Origin: Candidatus Woesearchaeota archaeon
GTDB lineage: Archaea; Nanobdellota; Nanobdellia; Pacearchaeales; GW2011-AR1
NCBI GenBank assembly: GCA_964551065.1
Contig: CAZKAU010000001.1
Location: forward strand, 1-28,708
Direction: 5' to 3'
Length of the DNA stretch: 28,708 nt
Shown: one piece after another, positions 8,563 through 17,440 of the stretch
How positions within the stretch are numbered: the stretch's first letter is position 1
Layout of the letters: each line of letters begins with the position of its first letter
The notes under the pieces: generated by a model
What the model was told of the DNA's origin: nothing
The model's database searches: none
The model's input: only the letters and a program-made list of their open reading frames with translations
Made by a program: the position numbers and the translations under genes

Positions 8563-8609
8563 ATAAATGCTGTTAAATTGAAAGAGGTTAAAAAGGTTTT
8601 GAATAAGGG

Positions 8610-9305
8610 TTATCCTTTTATTGTTGTTCCTATGAATGGTTTTCCCTGAAGAAAATTGTCAAGCTGCTCCATATCTTTTCCCAGAATGTAACTTGGAATT
8701 TTTTTATCAAGAATCATTTTTGATGCAGTTTGATCTATCACAAAATGTTGTCCGGGTTTGAATTCAATTTTGTTCGCCAAATCATAAAGTTCCTGCCAGG
8801 TTATCTCTTTTATGAGTTTTGTGTTCTTGAATTTCTTAGGATTTTTGTTGTACAATCCCGGAACGTCTGTAAGATTTATGAAGTCTGCTTTGAAATGCTC
8901 TGCTACTTCCACAGAAGTTGAATCAGAGGTTTCATGATTTCCATAACTCAGGGCTCCGCAGAAAACAACATCTTGTTTTTTGAGGTATTTTTTTATTTCA
9001 TTCATCTTATGCGGGATTCCTCTTTCAGGGTCTATTCCAAAAAGGTAATTCATAAATCTTGCATTCATTCTTGTTGCCGAGATTCCTGCAAATCCCTGAG
9101 ACTTTTCGTCAGCACCCAAACCAGATAATGCGGTAATATATTTTCTTGCAGTCGTTCCTCCCCCACAAATGATAATAAATTTGTAATGATCTGTGTTTTT
9201 TAAAAGAACATCCCTAAAGCTTTGAAGAAATTTTAAATCTATTTTTTCTGGAACTATTAAGCTTCCACCCAAACTTAGAACTTTGATTGGTTTCGCCTCT
9301 TTCAT
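8610..9305 (-). CDS. pyrH: UMP kinase, archaeal type
   Basis: VLSLGGSLI, IICGGG.TARKYI, GISATRMNA, TSDS, NLTDVPGLY.K.P and DQTAS motifs. Confidence 0.93.
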   Translation of the reverse strand: MKEAKPIKVLSLGGSLIVPEKIDLKFLQSFRDVLLKNTDHYKFIIICGGGTTARKYITALSGLGADEKSQGFAGISATRMNARFMNYLFGIDPERGIPHKMNEIKKYLKKQDVVFCGALSYGNHETSDSTSVEVAEHFKADFINLTDVPGLYNKNPKKFKNTKLIKEITWQELYDLANKIEFKPGQHFVIDQTASKMILDKKIPSYILGKDMEQLDNFLQGKPFIGTTIKG

Positions 9306-9385
9306 TTTGGAATTAAATCAAGTGAGTTTTTATAATTTTACATTAATTTAAGTAAGAATTTTTGTAAAAATATATTACATTAAAA

Positions 9386-9667
9386 TTATCTTACAGTAAA
9401 CAGCTTGTTGTCATGCACGTCAAAAATTCCGAGCCTTACTCCAGAATCAATCCATCCATGCGCGTAATTTAAGGATGCGAAAGCGTTTACAAAATCTTCT
9501 TTGCTTCTGAAGAACTCTGCATCTGAAAGATAATTTGACGCCATCTCAATTATTTCTTTTGCCTCTTTCTCTTTTCCCTTGATTATTTTCTTTTTTATTT
9601 TTCCAAGAGCAGTTGTTGTGAGCTTGAAATATTTGTCTAATTTCTCTTCGGTTATTATGTTGTCCAT
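9386..9667 (-). CDS. DUF357 family protein
   Basis: MASNYLSDAEFF...DFVNAFASLNYAHGWIDSGVRLG signature. Confidence 0.88.
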   Translation of the reverse strand: MDNIITEEKLDKYFKLTTTALGKIKKKIIKGKEKEAKEIIEMASNYLSDAEFFRSKEDFVNAFASLNYAHGWIDSGVRLGIFDVHDNKLFTVR

Positions 9668-9709
9668 TTTAAAGAAAAGTTTTAAATAGATTATAAATCT
9701 TGTTCTAAT

Positions 9710-10072
9710 ATGCCCAAAAAGGAAGTGAAAGATTTAGAAACGAGGAGGAGAAGTCTTGTTGCAAGGAAGGCTCATGCGAGAAGACGTTCTAGGATTGCAT
9801 GGATTGTTTTGATTTCATTTCTCGTCGTGCTTGCTTTGTTTGCGGTTTATGTTCTTCTTGTTGGACCTTCAATAAATTCTTATGTTACAAAAGTTAAAAA
9901 TGATGCTCTTCAACAAGGATTGAATCAGGGGATTCAGCAAGGTATGGATATGGCAAAACAGAACATTCTCCATCAATTTCAGCAGACGCAATATGCTCAG
10001 ATTACTTATGGAAATGAAACTGTGACTTTATTTCCTTGGTATGGGGACAGACAACTTAATCTTTCAAATTAA
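9710..10072 (+). CDS. Hypothetical single-pass membrane protein
   Basis: Basic N-terminus, one TM helix and a Gln/Gly-rich QQG.NQG.QQG segment. TATA box 22 nt upstream. Confidence 0.75.
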   Translation: MPKKEVKDLETRRRSLVARKAHARRRSRIAWIVLISFLVVLALFAVYVLLVGPSINSYVTKVKNDALQQGLNQGIQQGMDMAKQNILHQFQQTQYAQITYGNETVTLFPWYGDRQLNLSN

Positions 10073-10077
10073 TTTTA

Positions 10078-10860
10078 TTATTTTTTAAGGTAATTGGAAT
10101 AGTCCATTCTTACTGGGGCTGTGGGTCTTTGAGGAAGCATATTTCTTGGAATATACATCTTTCTTATAAGGAATCTTGACGGAACAACATCGGATATGAC
10201 TGCTGAAAAGACTAAATGTCCCACAACTACCTTGAAGAGTCCAATATCTGCAGGTATTCTTGACATCTTAGAAAATCTAAGGATAATGTCTTCAACTTCT
10301 GCATTATCCAATATTATTTCAGTGGGCTTCGTTCCCATTCTACCCGAAACTGTTATTGCCTTATCTGGACCAGTACATTCTATTGTTTCAACTGCACGAT
10401 CATTTATTAGAGGATTTAATTTTCCTAAATCTATTTCTCTTATATTCGGAACTGGACGTAGGTATCTAAATTCTGGAGGAAGGCGAGGTTCCGGAATGTT
10501 TAAGACTTTGTAATTTTCAGGAGCTGGAGGGTTATGAATCTCTCTTCTTTGAGGGGTTATTGGAATTGGTTTTACGGTGGCAATACCAGACTCTTTTTTT
10601 TCTGTAATCGGTGGTCTTGGTCTTTCGGAAAGAATTGATTTCATAAGTGGTTCCTCTGGTTCTTTTTTTACCGGCGTTTTTTTGAGTTCTGGAACTTTTG
10701 CCTTTTCGATAGGTTTTATTTCAAGAGGTTTTTTTCTGGTTTTAAGAAGTGCTTGCAATTTGAATATTTCTTCGTCTGAATGATAAATCAATTCTCTTGT
10801 AAATAAAAGAAGGAATGTTCTTTTTTTTCTAAGTTCTTCTTCTGTATCAGGAATTTGCAT
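10078..10860 (-). CDS. Protein with a Pro/Lys-rich N-terminus and a C-terminal region like the N-terminal (PAS-like) domain of VirB11/CpaF secretion ATPases; no ATPase domain
   Basis: LGKLNPLINDRAVETIECTGPDK...SRFLIRKM parallels LGPLEPLL.D..I.EI.VNGP....LTIRKF. No Walker A motif is present. Confidence 0.6.
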   Translation of the reverse strand: MQIPDTEEELRKKRTFLLLFTRELIYHSDEEIFKLQALLKTRKKPLEIKPIEKAKVPELKKTPVKKEPEEPLMKSILSERPRPPITEKKESGIATVKPIPITPQRREIHNPPAPENYKVLNIPEPRLPPEFRYLRPVPNIREIDLGKLNPLINDRAVETIECTGPDKAITVSGRMGTKPTEIILDNAEVEDIILRFSKMSRIPADIGLFKVVVGHLVFSAVISDVVPSRFLIRKMYIPRNMLPQRPTAPVRMDYSNYLKK

Positions 10861-10861
10861 T

Positions 10862-11458
10862 TTAATATTTTGAAGATATAGACCTTTGGTATTTGTTCAT
10901 GCTGTCTTGAGGCGTTGCTTTTGGAGGAGCGTTTTGCTGCATTATCTGTGGCTGAGCTCCAGGAGGCATTTGGTTTTGAGGTGCTTCTTCTTCCTTGGCT
11001 TCTTGTTGAGGCTCAGATTCATGAAGCAATGCAATTCCCTGTGCAAGAACCTTATTCTGATCGAGAAGTTTGTCTAATTTCTCAACTACTTCTTTGTCTT
11101 CTCCTCCATTGAGGTTAATGTCTTTTTCCATTAAGGTTTTAGCAGATTCTTCAAATAATCCCAAGAGTTTGGAAGTTTGATTTGTTAAATCATTCAATTT
11201 TCCCGAAAGGTCTGCAAGAACTCTTTGCAATGCAACGAAGTTTTCTATTAATACTTGAGGAATAGCTTCATTTGTTTTAGGAGTAGATTTTCTTGTGGAA
11301 GAAGATTTCTTTCTTGTTGTTTTCTTTTTTGGTGCTGTTTTTTTCACCTTTGTTGTGGTTGTCTTTTTTTTCTTAGGGGAACCCTTTTTCACCTTTGTTG
11401 TTGTGGTAACGACCGTTTTTTCAACCACATTTCCTTCTCCATCCCCTTTTTTAGTCAT
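10862..11458 (-). CDS. Hypothetical coiled-coil protein with a Lys/Thr-rich N-terminus and Gln/Pro-rich C-terminus
   Basis: 198-aa ORF with a central heptad region (LIENFVALQRVLADLSGKLNDLTNQTSKLLGLFE). TATA box 21 nt upstream; 1-nt gap to the next gene. Confidence 0.75.
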   Translation of the reverse strand: MTKKGDGEGNVVEKTVVTTTTKVKKGSPKKKKTTTTKVKKTAPKKKTTRKKSSSTRKSTPKTNEAIPQVLIENFVALQRVLADLSGKLNDLTNQTSKLLGLFEESAKTLMEKDINLNGGEDKEVVEKLDKLLDQNKVLAQGIALLHESEPQQEAKEEEAPQNQMPPGAQPQIMQQNAPPKATPQDSMNKYQRSISSKY

Positions 11459-11541
11459 AATTTGTAAATGGTTCTCTTATTTATAAATATTTACAAAACA
11501 TCATTCAATAAATTTATAAAGAATTTAATTGTCGTTAGAAT

Positions 11542-12099
11542 ATGGTTTTGTGGTTATGGTTTGCAATTGGTGTTGTTTTGTTGATTGCAGTTATTTTCTT
11601 TTCATATTTCAATAGATTTGCAATTTTAGGTAATAGGATTGATAATTCTCTTGGGCAAATTAATGTTCAGTTGAAGAGGAGATCTGATTTGATTCCAAAC
11701 CTTATGGAAACTGTTAAGGGTTATGCGAAGCACGAAAGAAAAATTATGAAAGAAGTTACCGATGCGCATAAAGCAATGGTTTCTGCAAAAGACCTTACAG
11801 GAAAAGTTAAGGCTAGTGATGTTCTTCAGAATTCTCTTGGGAGACTTTTTGCAATTGCGGAGAATTATCCGAAGCTTCAGGCAAATGAAAACTTTATGGA
11901 ACTTCAAAAAGAACTTTCAACAACCGAAGATAGAATTGCCTATGCAAGACAGTTTTACAATGATTCTATTCTTTCGTACAATAATCTTTGCAAGACATTT
12001 CCAGGAGTAATGTTTGCTGGAATTTATGGAAAGAAACCTAAGGAATTTTTGCAAATTGCTGAAGCGGAAAAGAAAGTTGTCAAGGTTAAGTTTGATTAA
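11542..12099 (+). CDS. lemA: LemA family protein
   Basis: N-terminal TM helix, I.VQLKRRSDLIPNL.ETVKGYA.HE, AENYPKL.ANENF.ELQ.EL.TTEDRIA.ARQFYN and FPG. Confidence 0.96.
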   Translation: MVLWLWFAIGVVLLIAVIFFSYFNRFAILGNRIDNSLGQINVQLKRRSDLIPNLMETVKGYAKHERKIMKEVTDAHKAMVSAKDLTGKVKASDVLQNSLGRLFAIAENYPKLQANENFMELQKELSTTEDRIAYARQFYNDSILSYNNLCKTFPGVMFAGIYGKKPKEFLQIAEAEKKVVKVKFD

Positions 12100-12130
12100 T
12101 ACTACTTTTCAATCCTGACATATCAAAACG

Positions 12131-12138
12131 TTTATAAA
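12131..12138 (+). promoter_or_regulatory. TATA box of the rpl7ae-rps28e-rpl24e operon (leadered transcript, predicted start near 12160)
   Basis: TTTATAAA preceded by BRE-like CAAAACG, 75 nt upstream of the L7Ae ATG. Confidence 0.65.
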
Positions 12139-12159
12139 GTAACTTTTTCAATGTAATTT

Positions 12160-12182
12160 ATCCAATGACTAAACTTGAGGAT
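12160..12182 (+). promoter_or_regulatory. K-loop/K-turn in the rpl7ae 5' UTR (putative L7Ae autoregulatory site)
   Basis: ATCC-AAT-GA-CTAAACTT-GA-GGAT: 4-bp C-stem, 3-nt bulge ending in U, and tandem sheared G.A pairs. Confidence 0.75.
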
Positions 12183-12213
12183 GCTATTCTAGTTATCCTC
12201 CCTAAAAACAAAA

Positions 12214-12507
12214 ATGGACGCATATGAACTTATTGAAAATGTAAGAAAGGAAGGAAAAATTGAAAAGGGAACTAACGAAGTTACCAAGGCTATCGAGAGA
12301 GGCACTGCTAAGCTTGTCGTTTACGCTTCAAACGTTGAACCTAAAGAAGTAATTCAGCACATTCCACTACTTTGTAAGGAGAAAGGAATTCCCTGCAAAG
12401 AAGTTGACGATAAAAAAAAGCTGGGCATTTCCGCAGGTTTGCCTGTTTCTGCTTCATCAATAGCAGTAATTGACGCAGGTAAAGTTAATCTTTCTCAACT
12501 AAAATAA
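12214..12507 (+). CDS. rpl7ae: 50S ribosomal protein L7Ae
   Basis: GKIEKGTNEVTKAIERGTAKLVVYASNVEPKEVIQHIPLLCKEKGIP...KKLG signature. Confidence 0.97.
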   Translation: MDAYELIENVRKEGKIEKGTNEVTKAIERGTAKLVVYASNVEPKEVIQHIPLLCKEKGIPCKEVDDKKKLGISAGLPVSASSIAVIDAGKVNLSQLK

Positions 12508-12555
12508 TTACAATGAGACAGATATTCCTTAGGTAATGTCTTGTTAATATTTACT

Positions 12556-12912
12556 ATGGCAAAAGCAAAAAAAGCTCAAAAACAGCAAAAAGGTCAGAAG
12601 AAAGGTAAGCAGCAGAAGTCTGCGCAACAAACTCAACAGCAACAGCAGCAGAAACAGTCTGGAACAAAAGGTAGCGAGAAGATTGTTGGAGAGGCAGTTC
12701 CTGCAATAGTTGAAGAGATTGTTGGGAGAACTGGTTTTAGAGGTGAGATTACACAGGTTAGATGCAAGGTTGAAGCAGGAAGAGATCTTGGACGTTCAAT
12801 GAGAAGAAATGTTAAAGGACCGGTAAGGCCTGGAGACAGATTGATGCTTAGAGAAACTGAAATTGAGGCTAGAAGAATCAAATCTAAAGTTACGAAGGGG
12901 GCTTATAGTTAA
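12556..12912 (+). CDS. rps28e: 30S ribosomal protein S28e with a Gln/Lys-rich N-terminal extension
   Basis: [51 protein letters not shown] at 12556 is preferred over the TTG track start. Confidence 0.95.
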   Translation: MAKAKKAQKQQKGQKKGKQQKSAQQTQQQQQQKQSGTKGSEKIVGEAVPAIVEEIVGRTGFRGEITQVRCKVEAGRDLGRSMRRNVKGPVRPGDRLMLRETEIEARRIKSKVTKGAYS

Positions 12913-12913
12913 A

Positions 12914-13111
12914 ATGACATTAGATGAAGGAATAATAAAACAGATTGACAGCGCTTTGACTGAAAATCCTTCAGGCGTTGTAGAAGTTGGAAATGGTCAA
13001 ATGGCTTTTGAAGTTAAGTTATATCTTGAGTCCAGAGGAGTTCCTTCAACATTAATGGAGGATCAAAACAGATATCATATTCTTTATGAGAGGGGGAATC
13101 AAAATGCCTAA
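12914..13111 (+). CDS. 65-aa hypothetical protein, possibly a TusA/SirA-like fold without the CPxP motif
   Basis: ATG 1 nt after the rps28e stop; its stop overlaps the rpl24e start. Sequence MTLDEGIIKQIDSALTENPSGVVEVGNGQMAFEVKLYLESRGVPSTLMEDQNRYHILYERGNQNA. Confidence 0.65.
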   Translation: MTLDEGIIKQIDSALTENPSGVVEVGNGQMAFEVKLYLESRGVPSTLMEDQNRYHILYERGNQNA

Positions 13112-13334
13112 ATGTTCATTTTGCGGAGAACAGTATGAACCTCCAAGAGGACTTTCATTTGTTAAGAATGATGGAACTGTAGTTTATCTTTGTTCTGCTA
13201 AATGCAGAAAGAATATGCAAATGAAGAAGAGAAAAGTGAGATGGATTACTGAAGCGAGCAAGGTTAAATCTTCTACAAAGACGAAAAAGACTAAGAAGAA
13301 GAAAGTTAATAAGAACAAGGCTAAGAAGAAATAA
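13104..13334 (+). CDS. rpl24e: 50S ribosomal protein L24e with a Lys-rich tail
   Basis: MPKCSFCGEQYEPPRGLSFVKNDGTVVYLCSAKCRKN....RKVRW. ATG at 13104 with a GAGGGGG SD-like sequence upstream. Confidence 0.95.
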   Translation: MPKCSFCGEQYEPPRGLSFVKNDGTVVYLCSAKCRKNMQMKKRKVRWITEASKVKSSTKTKKTKKKKVNKNKAKKK

Positions 13335-13343
13335 TTTTTCTGA

Positions 13344-15026
13344 TTAAAATTTTAAATTTAAGTTAATATTAAAATTTCTTTTTGTGGTTGGCTTGTTATC
13401 ATAAATCTTACTGGACTCATTGTAATTCATTTTTATTCCTGAATTCTTGCCTAATTTAAGAGAAGCTCCTATCCCATAGTCTAGGGTACTTGGGGCAAGT
13501 TCGTAAGTTGAAGAGGTATATCCTCCATTTAAACTGATTCTTTCAACTTCATTTCCGAATGAAGCGTTCAATTTTCCTCCAATTTCCCAAGGTTTCCAGA
13601 CAAATGAAGGATTGATTGTAAATTGATTTCCTTTGAGTTGGATTCCTGCTTCTGCAGATGAAGGAACCATTTCATAATTCCATTTTATCAAATCTTTTGG
13701 AACGAGGGTAATTTCTCCGATTGCGTAAGGGGTCATCTCAAAATTATCAATCTTTGTTGTATAACTTACTCCCAGGCTTGAGCTTAAATCAGAATACCAA
13801 ACAGCGTAGAGAGATGTTCCTGTTGAAGGATCTTCTTCAATTCCAGAACTGTTTATTGAGGCATTAACTCCAAGATTAAGACCTTCCTGATTAGTTGTGG
13901 TTATGCCCAGATTCCCTTCCCATCCTAAAAGATATCTTGCAGAGGTAGAGCTTGTTTGAGGGAGATTAAGAAGTCCCTCTTGACTTGTTCCCACTGAACC
14001 TAAATACCCATTAAGACTCTCATGAATTTTGACAATCTTCCCCAAATTCCAGGTCTTTTGGTTTCCAAATTGTCCGATAATTGCGGACTGCCCGTATTCA
14101 GGAAAACCCACAACACCCCCCTTTAACATAACTCCGAGATAGGGTTCTCTTAAAGTCATAGAAGTTTCATTTCCTAAGTTAAGGTTAACTGAAAAATCTT
14201 TTGAATCCTTGTTGGTGTTAAGAAGCTCTCCTGTCAAGGATTCGAGACTTTTTTTATAATTCAAAAAATTTATGAAGTTTTTTCCTTCTTCTGTTGTAAG
14301 GGTATACTTCCATTGGTTGTTTGCTCCATAAAATTCGCTTTGTAAAAGCACATATCCCAAGGTCTTTTGATACTGTCTTATTGCTTCCTCTGCATTCTTG
14401 GAATTTACTGTAAAATTTTGATAACTGTTTATTATTTCCAGACCATTTTCTGTTTTGCTTATTGTATCTGCATGAGGCACTCCGTTGCTGCTTAACAAAC
14501 CCATTGTTGCTGAAGGTTTTCCCAGGTTAGTCTGCAATTTGGTTATTGCCGATGCAAATTCTCTGCACACCCCATTTTTGCTTGCATTTGCTGAATCAGT
14601 TATATCAGTGTAAAGAGTTTTGAAAAAATCATCGCTTGAAAAAGGAGCACCATCTTTGCTTAAGGAGTAATTATAAAGGTAAAGATCATTTGCCATCCAA
14701 GACAGTACATTTCTTTGGTCGTTTGCAGATAAATCTTTTATGGAAGATACGAGCTGACTATAATCTGAAATTGTTCCTGTTTGAATTTTGTATCTTATAT
14801 CCCTAATTGGAGCCCACTCGCTACTTGATAATTTAGTTAAATCAGAATAAATAAATTTACTGTAATTTACCGGGTCTTGAGATTGGTTTTCATAGTTTAG
14901 CTCAATCTTTACTTTTGGATTTTTAGGGAAGTTTGCTTCCTGGGCTGCAACATTTCCGACTCCGAGCGAAGCGAGAGCTATTGCTGATGCTGCGAGAATT
15001 TTTGTCAATTTTGATGTCTTTTTCAT
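13344..15026 (-). CDS. Secreted protein with a transglutaminase-like/papain-like Cys domain and a beta-barrel-like C-terminal half
   Basis: Sec signal peptide, GVCREFA (Cys) and PHA (His) motifs. The C-terminal half has alternating polar/hydrophobic strands ending NFNINLNLKF. TATA box 21 nt upstream. Confidence 0.65.
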   Translation of the reverse strand: MKKTSKLTKILAASAIALASLGVGNVAAQEANFPKNPKVKIELNYENQSQDPVNYSKFIYSDLTKLSSSEWAPIRDIRYKIQTGTISDYSQLVSSIKDLSANDQRNVLSWMANDLYLYNYSLSKDGAPFSSDDFFKTLYTDITDSANASKNGVCREFASAITKLQTNLGKPSATMGLLSSNGVPHADTISKTENGLEIINSYQNFTVNSKNAEEAIRQYQKTLGYVLLQSEFYGANNQWKYTLTTEEGKNFINFLNYKKSLESLTGELLNTNKDSKDFSVNLNLGNETSMTLREPYLGVMLKGGVVGFPEYGQSAIIGQFGNQKTWNLGKIVKIHESLNGYLGSVGTSQEGLLNLPQTSSTSARYLLGWEGNLGITTTNQEGLNLGVNASINSSGIEEDPSTGTSLYAVWYSDLSSSLGVSYTTKIDNFEMTPYAIGEITLVPKDLIKWNYEMVPSSAEAGIQLKGNQFTINPSFVWKPWEIGGKLNASFGNEVERISLNGGYTSSTYELAPSTLDYGIGASLKLGKNSGIKMNYNESSKIYDNKPTTKRNFNINLNLKF

Positions 15027-15190
15027 TTAGATTTTTTACATGGAGACTATATAAATATTTCTTATGTTACTACCTTTAAGTTGTATATTTTTAAGTTATA
15101 AAAATTTCTTATTTGACTAGGGGTTTTAGTCTAACTAAACTTATGGACGTCGATTTGTCGTCGAGAAATTAGCTTTTTAGGGCAGAAATC

Positions 15191-15198
15191 TTTATAAA
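15191..15198 (+). promoter_or_regulatory. TATA box for the gyrB operon (leadered transcript)
   Basis: CAGAAA (BRE-like), then TC, then TTTATAAA; 69 nt from the gyrB ATG, with no closer TATA seen. Confidence 0.55.
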
Positions 15199-15264
15199 GC
15201 AACCATGTCTTTTTTCAGAAGAATAACTAAATCTGGACAGAAATTCTGTTCCGTTTTTAATTAG

Positions 15265-17160
<1,896 letters not shown>

Positions 17161-17161
17161 A

Positions 17162-17440
17162 ATGGCAAAGAAATCTAAAATTCAAACACCTGACTGGATT
17201 TTGAAAGGAGAAGAGGAAGAAGTTCCAAAGAAGTCAAAGGGAAAAACTTTCAAGTTAAGGAGATGCCCTAAATGTGGAAGTGACAATTTGCAGATAGTTC
17301 TTACAGGAGAAGAGGGAAAAAGCTCAGGAGAATGGGAATGTAAGAAATGTAGATGGACCGGGAAAGATGTTAAGGAAGATGAACTCACTGAAGATGAATT
17401 TATGAAATATTTAGATGAAAAAGGGGAGGAAGTTGCATAA
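17162..17440 (+). CDS. Small zinc-ribbon protein (CPKC...CKKC) with an acidic C-terminus, inside the gyrase operon
   Basis: ATG 1 nt after the gyrB stop; its TAA overlaps the gyrA ATG (TAATG). 92 aa. Confidence 0.85.
   Translation: MAKKSKIQTPDWILKGEEEEVPKKSKGKTFKLRRCPKCGSDNLQIVLTGEEGKSSGEWECKKCRWTGKDVKEDELTEDEFMKYLDEKGEEVA

Noticed and set aside
11340-11401. 17-nt direct repeat TTTTTCACCTTTGTTGT, 45 nt apart
   Set aside because: Only two copies, both encoding the TTTKVKK low-complexity peptide; not a CRISPR or regulatory repeat.
15060-15180. AT-rich intergenic stretch with small hairpins (GACTA/TAGTC, GACG/CGTC) as a possible ncRNA or replication origin
   Set aside because: The stems are only 4-5 bp, and no ORB-like repeats or cdc6 gene are nearby. 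Divergent promoters are enough to explain the region.
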